A DNA stretch of 63,992 bases, the filler included, from Stramenopiles sp. TOSAG23-3 (lineage: Eukaryota), in NCBI GenBank assembly GCA_900128585.1. It is 7 parts of 7 records of this genome, joined end to end, with 100 filler letters (N's around TTAATTAATTAA, not from the genome) between each part and the next. Parts side by side here need not be neighbours in the genome. Positions count along the whole stretch, not along the records: positions 9,274 to 18,422 come from LT642947.1; positions 18,523 to 27,665 come from LT642948.1; 5 more parts are not named here. One strand, 5' to 3'. Positions 12,670-22,907 of this stretch are shown in pieces; the stretch's first letter is position 1, and the number at the start of each line of letters is the position of its first letter. The notes below the pieces were generated by a model, which had not been told where the DNA came from, ran no database searches, and saw only the letters and a list, made by a program, of their open reading frames with translations. Made by a program: the position numbers and the translations under genes.

Positions 12670-13263
12670 TCAGCGGTTCAAGAAATGCTGGCGCCGGATC
12701 AGGCCTTCGTGGCGTCTTCGATGCTCACTGGTCACTTGACTTTTGTCCATCGTCTTGGAGTCTAACATTCCCGTTGAACCAACTTTATTGCCAAACCCGC
12801 TCTCCAGTTCACCGTCTTTATTGTACACAAAATGCTGCACACCGCCATCGTTCTTCTCGAGCTTCCGCCTAGACACCATCTTAAAAAATTTCATGTGGCT
12901 TTGTGCTTCCAGGAGGAGTTCCTGGATCTTCCCCGCGTCTGTTTCTGTCTGGTGCCTTTCGTACGCGGTGTTAACCTTCTCAAGGGCTTCCCCCCGCTTC
13001 GTCTTGTCTGGAATACCTTCAGCGAGGAACCGCAAGTTTGAGTACAAACCATCAAGCGTAACAGTGCCACGGTCACTTTCACTTTCCGTAAATTCTCCCA
13101 ATTCTTCTTCACTTGCCGGCCCACTACCCGAAGGGGAACCACTAAAATATTTGCCCTGGGTAACAAAATGCTGTTGCTGGCAAGAGGCTCCTCGTCTCCA
13201 CGAGCGAGCCGCGTCGACTCTGGCAGCGCTTTTAACGGCCTGCAGCAGCCTGTGCGGTATCAT
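12670..13263 (-). CDS. mitochondrial LYR-motif (Complex1_LYR-like) protein
   Basis: Arg/Ala-rich presequence-like N-terminus from ATG 13263, then LYSNLRFLAEGIP...VNTAYERHQTETDAGKIQELLLEA, an LYRM-like three-helix pattern. Confidence 0.6.
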   Translation of the reverse strand: MIPHRLLQAVKSAARVDAARSWRRGASCQQQHFVTQGKYFSGSPSGSGPASEEELGEFTESESDRGTVTLDGLYSNLRFLAEGIPDKTKRGEALEKVNTAYERHQTETDAGKIQELLLEAQSHMKFFKMVSRRKLEKNDGGVQHFVYNKDGELESGFGNKVGSTGMLDSKTMDKSQVTSEHRRRHEGLIRRQHFLNR

Positions 13264-14667
13264 TTTTGCGCTGGCTAGTTGATTAATCGTTTCAAATGAC
13301 ACCGTTAAAGGGAAGAAATAGAAAACACGATATTTAAATACTACCAAGAGTCCACAGTGTGCCGCTTCTCAAACTTACTTTGCACGACTTGGTATTATTG
13401 AAATACGATGATGGATGCTTTAAAAACACTAATAATATAAAACAAAAAAATAACATGATGATGATGGATGATGTTGTTGTTTACACGGTTCCGTAGGTGT
13501 ATTTATATAATAGTACTACCGGTAGTATGCGAAAAGAAGAGAAAGACGGCGACGCAGCAGTAGTAGAGTAGGATGGAGGAGCGAGAAAAGGAGGAGCGTC
13601 GCCTCATGTCAGTCCATCCGTGCCTATGTTAATGTTAAAATTAGGGTAAATATTATTTGAGGAAATATACAGTTTTACAATTTAAAACATTTTATCCATA
13701 CTATTTTTTATTTTTTAATAGTAAATTACCACTAAAAAGTCATAAAACAATAATAATATGTATAAAATATAATTGTTAGTTTTTATTTATTTAAATATAA
13801 TATTTGCACATATATATTATATTAATGTGTATTTTTTATATTTTATACTCAAAATAGTCATAAAATGGTAATATATATATTATGACTTTTTATGGATATA
13901 ATACAATAAAATAATACAAATATATATATAAACGGCCAAAATAAGTGTATTTTAAAAGTTTTATATGTAAATTAAATAAACCCTATTTTTGACACTACTA
14001 TAGTAAATCTTCAAGCGGTTGTTTGTGCCCCTCCTCCTGCCCTTCCTTCCTGCCCTGCCTGTCCTGTGACTGACTGGTGGTCGGCTATTAGAAATTACGA
14101 TCTTTAGAGAGGAGAGGTAGGTTGGTAAATTTTTTTAGGCCCCCACAGCATGGAGTGCTTGAATTGCCTGACTAACTTCTACTTTTTTTCCTCGTCGAAA
14201 ATAGAAGTAGCTGCTGCAGAACAACAACAAACACCACACCACACCACACACACAAGGCCAACTCAACTCTTACTTTTCATGTTCTTACTTATCTTCCACA
14301 CTATGTAGTCTCTCTTCTCTCCCAACCAATCTATATTTTCTACCAATTTGTCAGTCCAGTTCGAAAGTATTTTTCTTCTTCTTCTGACTGAATCCAGAAC
14401 AATTGGTTGCCTGCCTGCTATTCGATGTTAATTCTTCCTCTTTGAATGAATTGATAGATATTCTAACCCTTCTACTCTACACAACTAATGTACTTAATTA
14501 TCGATTCTAACTTTGCACAGAAAGATTTTTCACCAATCCAGGTGGTGACATTGTATCAATTAAACAACTATTTATTTATGTATTATATACACACCATAGT
14601 AGGTAGGTAGAATAGATTTCTTTCTTTCTTTCTTTCTTTTTAGATTTCTTTCTTTCTTTCTTTCGAC

Positions 14668-14706
<39 letters not shown>

Positions 14707-15433
14707 ATCTTTCATCAGAGAAGAGAGAAGAGCAGGGAGGGGCACGCACAGGGCAGGGCAGGGGAGGGGATAGAATAGATGTAATAATATTATCTAATTA
14801 GATAAAATAATAGAAGAATAGATTTAAATAAGAAATCACTATCTTTGTTATTTAAAAGGACACAGGGAGAGGGATTGGGGATTGGATTGAATAAAAATAT
14901 AAAAAAACATAAAATAATACCACAGGTAAATAAATAACAAAGAAAGAATCATCAAATGTAATTGCATGTCTCATTGAAGGAAAGGAATATGTTGAACCTT
15001 CGTTCTGTGAAACCAAACCACACACAAACACCAATAGATGATAGGCAGATAGAGTTATATATATTAATATATTCTGCAACGTGTTCGTCCATTCTTCACT
15101 CGTGCGTGTTGGTAGTAGTTAGTTGTAGTAAGTAAGCAAGTGTAGGTAGTGTGAGTAAAGTCACAGAATACATACACACGACAAGACAGTGCAACTGCGT
15201 TTGGAGCAAGCCAAGCCACCACGAACTGGCTGTAGTTTTTACTTTTTTCAATAGGAACGAGCTGGGTGCATACGGGGTCGTTTGACCGTCAGACACAATA
15301 GAACCGAGTTTGTTAACGTTTGCGATCGATAGATACAAATAATAACCAACTACCACGCGGGAAGAAAAGAAGGGCGTTTTTGTAGTTCGTTCGTTTGCTT
15401 GTGTTTGTTGAAAGAACTCACTCACCCAAAACC

Positions 15434-17176
15434 ATGGCGTCGAAAAGTGCACCCCCACCTGCACCTCCGCTGGGAGCAAACACCCCGTTTTCTAATCCTA
15501 TTCCATTCACGACCCCGTACCCAAAAGGTCTGTTGAAATGCCCCCCCATGCAAGAGTTCACTGGTTATCTGTACAAACAGGGCGGGGAGAGGAAGAACTG
15601 GAAAAAGCGCTGGTTCATCTTGCGCGGGAACTGCCTGAGCTATTTCAACAGTTCCGAGGACGAGACGCCGATAAAGTCGTTCGAGTTGAACGGCTACGAC
15701 ATCCACGAAGTTCCGTACGAAAAGTTTAAGAAAAAGATGTGTTTCGAGCTGTTCCATACGAGCGAACGAACGTACTACATGTACGCGGAGCACGTGGACG
15801 AGCACGAGAAATGGCTTAGCCAATTGGCCGTTGCGACGATGCCCATGGCGTGGGGCGGGGTGCACCGCCAGGAGCTGTCGACGCAGGGGGACGGGGCGTT
15901 ATTGCCGCAAGAGATCACCCACAAGGCCGCCGAAGAGATCGCCCAGCTGGGCCAGTTCGAACGGCTGAGGAACGTCAAGAGTTGGCAGCGGCGCGCCTTG
16001 CTCCGAAAGAAGATGCTGCTGTGCTCCATCCACCTGCCGTTCCGCGGGTCCTCTGCCCCTGCGCCGGACGGGACGAGGGAGTACGAGAAGGAGAAGGAAG
16101 CCAAGCGCTTGGCCCTGCTCGAACTGGTGGACTACATCGACAACATGCGAAACGCCTTCAACGACCCGCAGGCCGTGTGCGACGTGATCAACATGATCGT
16201 GTGCAACATCTGCCGGGCGCTGCCGGCGCGCGACGAGAACGCCGACGAAGAGGAGGAGGAGGAGCATTTTATGGAGCCAACGTGGCCGCACCTTTCCATT
16301 GTATACGAGCTGCTGTTGCGGATCGTCCAGTCGAACGACATCGACCTGGCCCTGAAGAAGAAGTACATCGACACGAAGTTCATCATTCGGCTGTTGGACC
16401 TTTTTGACTCGTTCGATTACAGGGAACGGGAGGCGCTCAAGACGATTACCCACCGCATTTACGGCAAGCTCACGAACCGCCGGGCCCTGATTCGCCGGGC
16501 GATCAGCAACGTGTTCTTCACGTTCGTGTACGAAACGGAGAAGCACAACGGCATTGCGGAGCTGTTGGAGATACTGGGCAGCATAATTAACGGCTTTGCC
16601 GTGCCGGTGAAGCAGGACCACGTGAAACTCCTGGAGCGCGCGTTGATCCCCCTGCATGCGTGCAAAGCCATCCGCCCGTACCACCCCGTGCTATCGTACT
16701 GCATGTCCCAGTACGTCAACAAAGAGCAGCGGTTCGCGATACAGATCGTCGAAGGAATTTTAAAGTGCTGGCCGCAAGGGAACAGCGACAAGGAGATGTT
16801 GTTCCTCAACGAGTTGGAGGAAGTGATAGAGGTATTGTCACCGTCAACGTTCGCGAGCATCGAGGTGAAGCTGTACCAGCGCATTGCCTCGTGTATTCGA
16901 GGCGAGCATTTTCAAGTCTCGGAGCGCGCCTTGCACATGTGGGGGAACGAGATATTAAACCAGATCGTTGTCGAGGACGAGACTCACCGACGAAAAATTT
17001 TACCCATAGTATTTCCCGCGTTGGCGTCCATTAGCGAGGAAGGGCCAGACGGGCATTGGCAACAGTCGGTGCGCGACGGTGCGGTCTTTGTCATGCAACG
17101 GTACGAACAGCAGGACAGTAGGTTTTACACGCTTTGCCAAACGAAATACGAGGAAGCCAAGAGCAGCAAGAAATGA
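15434..17176 (+). CDS. PH domain fused to PP2A regulatory subunit B' (B56)
   Basis: PH: GYLYKQGGERKNWKKRWFILRGNCLSYF...EKWLSQL. B56: KRLALLELVDY, EPTWPHLSIVYELLLR, LLDLFDSFDYRERE, HNGIAELLEILGSIINGFAVP, HFQVSERAL. Confidence 0.92.
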   Translation: MASKSAPPPAPPLGANTPFSNPIPFTTPYPKGLLKCPPMQEFTGYLYKQGGERKNWKKRWFILRGNCLSYFNSSEDETPIKSFELNGYDIHEVPYEKFKKKMCFELFHTSERTYYMYAEHVDEHEKWLSQLAVATMPMAWGGVHRQELSTQGDGALLPQEITHKAAEEIAQLGQFERLRNVKSWQRRALLRKKMLLCSIHLPFRGSSAPAPDGTREYEKEKEAKRLALLELVDYIDNMRNAFNDPQAVCDVINMIVCNICRALPARDENADEEEEEEHFMEPTWPHLSIVYELLLRIVQSNDIDLALKKKYIDTKFIIRLLDLFDSFDYREREALKTITHRIYGKLTNRRALIRRAISNVFFTFVYETEKHNGIAELLEILGSIINGFAVPVKQDHVKLLERALIPLHACKAIRPYHPVLSYCMSQYVNKEQRFAIQIVEGILKCWPQGNSDKEMLFLNELEEVIEVLSPSTFASIEVKLYQRIASCIRGEHFQVSERALHMWGNEILNQIVVEDETHRRKILPIVFPALASISEEGPDGHWQQSVRDGAVFVMQRYEQQDSRFYTLCQTKYEEAKSSKK

Positions 17177-17538
17177 TATTGATGATGACAACGACAAAAG
17201 TTAAGTTGTGGATTCTGGAATCTAAGAAGTGTTCTTAATAAATTTATAAATATTGAGAATTGAGATTGATAAAAATTAAGAAAAATTTAAGTAACGCGTC
17301 TCAGGGTTTTACTTCGTTTATAAACTTATGCATACAAAAACAAAATCCTAAATTCAGTATCTACATTAAAATTACTGTGCATTGCGTTTCTTCATTTAAA
17401 TTTTACATTACAAACCGTGGAGCTATTACACGTGCGATAATAAAGCCTAGATGCTGTGAAGACCATTGCCATTTTAAAATATGCTCTGTACCCCGGCCGG
17501 AACTTTGTACACCGTCGATTTCTTCTACTTTAAAATTC

Positions 17539-17949
17539 TTACTCCTCTGTACCCCCTCCCTTATGTTTCATGTTGGCGGCTAACCCAACTTCAAGGAAGG
17601 CTTTGGCGCTGCGGGGTGGTCGTTTGGCTGGCTTTTCTCCCATTGCACTCCCACCGGAGAATTCTTTTGCGTGCCGCCTCCCCTCCACAAACCCGTTCTC
17701 CATGGCCCCCCTCGCGGCATCCCCAAACCCTTGGTTGAAACTGTTTTGCGACGCTGTTTCCGAGAGCAGACCGGACTGTTCGCGGTAGCCGAGGGACTGC
17801 ATTCTCGCCGCAAACGCCTGAAACTCCTGAGACGTTTGGTTCCTTTTCGTCTGTACTTGTGAACCATCATAGTCGCCCGGGTTGTCGCCCCCCTCCTCAT
17901 CACTGTCCGTCCCTTCCATGAAAAACGCCCCGTTTACTACGGACGTCAT
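17539..17949 (-). CDS. Yae1-like protein (Yae1_N motif)
   Basis: MQSLGYREQ...QNSFNQGFGDAARGAMENGFVEG resembles the GYRE/GF-x-GF repeat of Yae1/Lto1. Confidence 0.55.
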   Translation of the reverse strand: MTSVVNGAFFMEGTDSDEEGGDNPGDYDGSQVQTKRNQTSQEFQAFAARMQSLGYREQSGLLSETASQNSFNQGFGDAARGAMENGFVEGRRHAKEFSGGSAMGEKPAKRPPRSAKAFLEVGLAANMKHKGGGTEE

Positions 17950-18304
17950 GGTCGTGAGTCAGGGGCAAGCAGGCAGCAGGGCCTTCCTCTCCGTCTCCCC
18001 CTCCCTCCCCCCTACACCGAATTGGGGAAAAATTTGTGTATACGCCACGTATAAAAAACCAAAAGAAGGAAACACCAACGCAACAACCACTTCCTCAATC
18101 ACTCCGTTTTCTAATCTTTCAAACACTTTCCTTTCTTTGTTTTGAACGTTGTTTATTTGTCTGTATTATTATATGTATATATATGTATTTTCTATAATAT
18201 TATATAATAAATAACAATATATTTCAAAACAAAAATACTACTATTATTATTATATACACAGCATGCAGTACTATTATTTTAACCAAAAAGAAAAAAAATA
18301 CTCT

Positions 18305-18522
18305 TCTTCTCTTTCTTTCTTTCTTTCTTTCTTTCTTTCGACACTTTCTTTCTTTCTTTCTTTCTTTCGACTCTTTCTTTCGACTCTTTCTTTCTTTCTT
18401 TCTTTCTTTCTTTCGACTCTTTNNNNNNNNNNNNNNNNNNNNNNNNNNNNNNNNNNNNNNNNNNNNTTAATTAATTAANNNNNNNNNNNNNNNNNNNNNN
18501 NNNNNNNNNNNNNNNNNNNNNN

Positions 18523-18593
<71 letters not shown>
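18305..18593. repeat. (TTTC)n microsatellites at the contig ends on both sides of a linker
   Basis: Seen directly. Confidence 0.9.
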
Positions 18594-18594
<1 letters not shown>

Positions 18595-18806
18595 TTATAT
18601 TATTAAATTTAATATTATAGAAATCTTTTTCTTTCTTTCTTTCCTTCTTTTTTTTTTTAGTGTTCCTTTGAGATTATATATGCTGTGTGTATGTATAACA
18701 TTATATTTATTTTGTCTTCTTCTTCCTTCTTCCTTCTTCCTTCTTCCTTCTTCCTTCTTCTTTCCATCAATCAAAAGAAAAAGAAGAAAAGAAGAAAAGA
18801 ACTCTA

Positions 18807-18846
<40 letters not shown>

Positions 18847-19136
18847 AGAAAGTGTTTGTTGTTTTTTTTGTTGGTGGAAAAGAAGAAGATAAGAGAGTGA
18901 GTAATAAGTATTAATAATACAGTATAAATAAAAACAAATTCAATTATTCAATATATATAATTAGAGAATAGAATACAATTTATTTTAATCAATCCCTTTT
19001 TATCAATCCTTTGCCTTTGATTTGAAAACATTGATTTGAAAACAGCAACACATAATACATACATATATATATATATACACACCCAACTCTTTCTCTCTTA
19101 CACCTAACCACTACAAGTACTTACCACCCACCAACT

Positions 19137-20561
19137 ATGGCATCAAGTTCGACGGAGGATTTCCCTGAAAATTCTGAGAAATCAGGCGAGGTGGTGTTTG
19201 CCGGCGGGGCGGCGTGGAGCATGACAGGGCGGTCCTCGGAGACCAAAGCGTTCGACGGGGTGCCCGCGGACAACATTCTGCTCGCGTTTCACCGCCTGAA
19301 CAACATGCGGAACGTTCCGGTCAAGACGGTCATCTCTGGGCCGATGGCCAACCACAGCATCATTATCTCCGGCACGGGCGTCGCGTACTCGTGGGGGCGG
19401 AACGAGGACGGGCAGCTCGGGGTGGGCGACACGTTCAACCGGTACAACCCGCAGAAACTAGACATCGAAGGGAACCGATTCCGGACGGGGGCCTGCGGCC
19501 TCAGCCATTCCTTCCTCGTCACGACGTCCGGTGACATGTTCTGCACCGGGGCGAACGCCATGTACCAGCTCGGGACTGGGCGGAACACCCCAAAGGTGGA
19601 TTGGGTCCCCGTGAAAGGGGTCGCGGACGTGCGGAGCGTCGGCGCCGGCCGGGACTTCTCCATGCTCGTCGACATCAACGGAAAGATGTTCGCCTGCGGC
19701 TCGCCCATGTACGGGCAGCTGGGCAACGGGTCAGAGAACAAGTCCTTGGAGAAGGCCGGGAAGTGGACCTACGACTGCGCCAAACGGTTCGAACCGATTG
19801 AGGCGCTCCTCGGCACGTCGATCAAAATGTTCAGCCTGGGGGCGAACCACACCGCCGCCCTGGACGTGTCCGGGAAGCTGTACACGTGGGGGTTCGGCGG
19901 GTACGGGCGCCTCGGCCTCGGCCACGCGAAGGACGCCATGCTCCCGACCCCCGTCTCAGAGTTCTCGCAGGAGGCCCCGCCCAAGCCCCCGGGGATCCCA
20001 GATTTCATGTGGAAGGGTCGGGGCCAGGTGAAGCGCGTCTCCTTCGTGGCCTGCGGGGCCCAGTGCACGTACGCGATCGGCACCATCGGCCAGGAGCTTT
20101 ACTTTTTCGGGATCACGAAGCAGTCCGGGGAGGCCACCATGCGCCCCCAGCTCGTGGACGGGGTGTCCGGCTGGCGCTGCCGGTCCGTCGCCGCAGGTCA
20201 GTCGTCGACGATTCTCGCCGCGTCCTACGACCACCCGACGTTGATCACCTGGGGTGGGTCCCCCACCTACGGGGAGCTGGGCTACGGGGACGGGAAGCCA
20301 AAGTCCAACACGCGGCCGGACGAAGTCCAGGACCTGAACGGGGCGACGGTGCTTGACGTTGCCATGGGGTATGGTCACTCCCTTGCGATCGTCAAGTACG
20401 ACAAGAAGGGAAAGTCCCTGCTCTCCAAGATGAACACGCACTCCCCGAACGAGTTGGACGTCGTCGCGGGCGCGGAAGGGAAAAAGCGCAAGACCAACGC
20501 CCACGAGGGCGCCGGGGACAACGACGAGGAGGAGCCCCAGAAAAAGAAGGCGAAGAAGTGA
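19137..20561 (+). CDS. RCC2: RCC2/TD-60 homologue (RCC1-repeat propeller)
   Basis: RCC1 repeats (YSWGRNEDGQLG, YTWGFGGYGRLGLG), plus WGGSPTYGELGYGDGKPKS and VAMGYGHSL as in RCC2. Basic C-terminal NLS-like tail. Confidence 0.88.
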   Translation: MASSSTEDFPENSEKSGEVVFAGGAAWSMTGRSSETKAFDGVPADNILLAFHRLNNMRNVPVKTVISGPMANHSIIISGTGVAYSWGRNEDGQLGVGDTFNRYNPQKLDIEGNRFRTGACGLSHSFLVTTSGDMFCTGANAMYQLGTGRNTPKVDWVPVKGVADVRSVGAGRDFSMLVDINGKMFACGSPMYGQLGNGSENKSLEKAGKWTYDCAKRFEPIEALLGTSIKMFSLGANHTAALDVSGKLYTWGFGGYGRLGLGHAKDAMLPTPVSEFSQEAPPKPPGIPDFMWKGRGQVKRVSFVACGAQCTYAIGTIGQELYFFGITKQSGEATMRPQLVDGVSGWRCRSVAAGQSSTILAASYDHPTLITWGGSPTYGELGYGDGKPKSNTRPDEVQDLNGATVLDVAMGYGHSLAIVKYDKKGKSLLSKMNTHSPNELDVVAGAEGKKRKTNAHEGAGDNDEEEPQKKKAKK

Positions 20562-20862
20562 GGCAGGCGGCGCACGAGAGCGAGCGAGCGGTTGGTGTGG
20601 TGGTGGAAAAGGGTTTTTGGCGCGGGAGATTGAATGCTGTATACATTTACGAATTACTGTATATTCCAAGGTGTAAATCAAAAACATTTTTTTATCAATA
20701 TCATCAGTTTTTTTTATATCAATATAGATATTCTTAGGAAAATATGTTGTGCCCACACAAGGTCCATCAAATCTCTCAAAACAATTTTATCGTAACTTCT
20801 GAAGTTTTAAAATTTTATAAAAATAAACATCCCCCCTCCTCCCCCCATCCCTAATCGCAATT

Positions 20863-22140
20863 CTAGAGTATCGCGCACGACCCGCGGCGGCTCAATTCTT
20901 GCTGCGGGTCCTCTTCGATCGCGCGCATGCACACGCAAGCGTACAGCGCTTCGTACTGGATCTGCTGCAACGTCGACTTCTTGAGGAAGGCCGCGCTCGG
21001 GAGGTGTTTCAGGGAGACTATGGGGTTCCCCTGTTGCTTCGCTGCACCGTTTGCCATGGCGTCTGGGTCAACCTTACGGCGTTTGGCGGACGGGGACGAG
21101 ACTAAATCGTCATCTTCCTCTGAATCGTCCGGGTCTATCGTCAGGCGCTCCAGCTCGGCCTTTCGCTCCTCGAGCAAACCGGTCATGTAGGCCACCAGCC
21201 CTTCTCTATCCGTCGGCAAGTCCCGTATATCCAGCTCATTCACCAGCACCTGGTCGAAGTGGTGTTGCAGGGCGGCTTCGCACTGCGACTCCATCATTCC
21301 CGCAAGCAATTGTTCCCGCTCCACCTTCTTCCGGGGGACCTTCTTGCACCCCAGCTCTTTCAGTTCCACCGAAAGCTCCTTGTACGACATGTCCTCCAGG
21401 CGTTCCTCGATCGTCATGAACCTCAGCCCATGGTCATACCCACACCCTACTCGAAAGTTGTTGCTCTCCTTCAGCAGGGCCGCGGCCAGGCGGTCCTGCA
21501 GCGTTTCCCGCCGGGTCGTCGTTACTAGTTCCCTGTGGTTGTCTGTCAGTTGCTGGGTCAGCTCCGCCACGGAGAGCCGGGTCAAGTTCTCCCCGGTGGC
21601 GTACTGAAGGTGGGCTTGCCGCTCTAGTTTCTTCAAGAAGTCCACCCTAAGTTTCAGCTCGTCGTGGTCGACGGTGGGGGACGTGATCCCCATACGCCCT
21701 AGTTTGTTCAGGAACTCGTTCACGAACTGCGCGTGGAGCACGGCCTCCTGCTCCGCCCGCGACTCTGCCTCTGCGCCCACGACCCCCACGTTGAACGTCA
21801 GCTCCTGGGAGTTCATCTTTTCGATGGGTTTTTTCGCAGTGGACGGGAGCCGGTACTGTGCCGGGGAGTCCGTGTCGAACTCGTGGACCTGCGGGACGGA
21901 GATAAACCCAAAACTTTTTCGCTTCTTCTTCTTCTTGCTCGTGGACGTCATAGGGATTACCAGGTTCGCAAAACTTGTTCGTCGCCGTGGCACCAACGGG
22001 CTCGTGCCATGCTTTCGCTTCAGGATAGACGTGGGCCGCGACGACGACACGGAGCTTGGTGCAAACGGGCTGGACCCTTCAGGGGACCCACTAGACCCCC
22101 TCTCACTCGGGGAAGGGGTACGGGTTGCAAACGATGCCAT
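20863..22140 (-). CDS. hypothetical protein with SILK motif, NLS-like stretches, SAP/HeH-like helices and C-terminal CaaX (CAIL)
   Basis: GC-rich ORF from ATG 22140 containing TSILKRK, KKKKKRK, LEDMSYKELSVELKELG and AKRRKV, ending RRGSCAIL*. Confidence 0.75.
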   Translation of the reverse strand: MASFATRTPSPSERGSSGSPEGSSPFAPSSVSSSRPTSILKRKHGTSPLVPRRRTSFANLVIPMTSTSKKKKKRKSFGFISVPQVHEFDTDSPAQYRLPSTAKKPIEKMNSQELTFNVGVVGAEAESRAEQEAVLHAQFVNEFLNKLGRMGITSPTVDHDELKLRVDFLKKLERQAHLQYATGENLTRLSVAELTQQLTDNHRELVTTTRRETLQDRLAAALLKESNNFRVGCGYDHGLRFMTIEERLEDMSYKELSVELKELGCKKVPRKKVEREQLLAGMMESQCEAALQHHFDQVLVNELDIRDLPTDREGLVAYMTGLLEERKAELERLTIDPDDSEEDDDLVSSPSAKRRKVDPDAMANGAAKQQGNPIVSLKHLPSAAFLKKSTLQQIQYEALYACVCMRAIEEDPQQELSRRGSCAIL

Positions 22141-22907
22141 GGGGGAGAAGAGGGCGAGGGAGGGAGGGACGGACGGGCGGGCGAACGGGCGGCTGGGACC
22201 TGAAGGACGACTATAGGTATGTATACGGAAGCACTGAAGCTTATGCGAGCTTTGGAAAACAAAAGCAGGCAAAAAAAGGGACGTGCACTCGTAACGTGAC
22301 AGTCACACACTTTTGTGTTTGTTCCTTCTTTGTTTTCTTTCTTTCGTTCGTTCTTTCCTTCTTTCGTTCTTTCCTTCTTTCTATGTTCGTAAAGAAAGAT
22401 ACAATTACAAAAATGAAAGAAAGAAAGAAGGAAAGTGGTTTTTTCCTTGCTTTAAATTTGAATTTACTTTTCATGGTGTGTAATGTATTTTGTAATAGTT
22501 TTTCTAAAAGAAGAAGATATTTTTTCCAATAATTTTCAACAAGAAAAAAAGAAGAAAGAGAAAAAGGCAATATCGATGCTGTGTATATATAAAATAAAAA
22601 TAAGGAAATATAATTTTCAATTAAAAATGTATTTTATAATTATATAAGATTAGCAACGATAAAATAAAAAGTATTTCTGTTTATGTAGAAATTAACCTTT
22701 TTTTAGAAATGGAGGAATAATAAATAATCATCGGAAGAACGAACAGGTTTTGTGATTTGTAAGTTTGCAAGTTTGCAAGTTTCAATCTTTCTTTCAGAAA
22801 CAGACAAGCAAGAAAGGAAGGAAGCACAACTTAACAACCAGGGTTTTAAAAAAGCTATTAACTCCCTCTTCGATGTGATTTACATTGACTTGACTTCTAA
22901 CCAGGGT

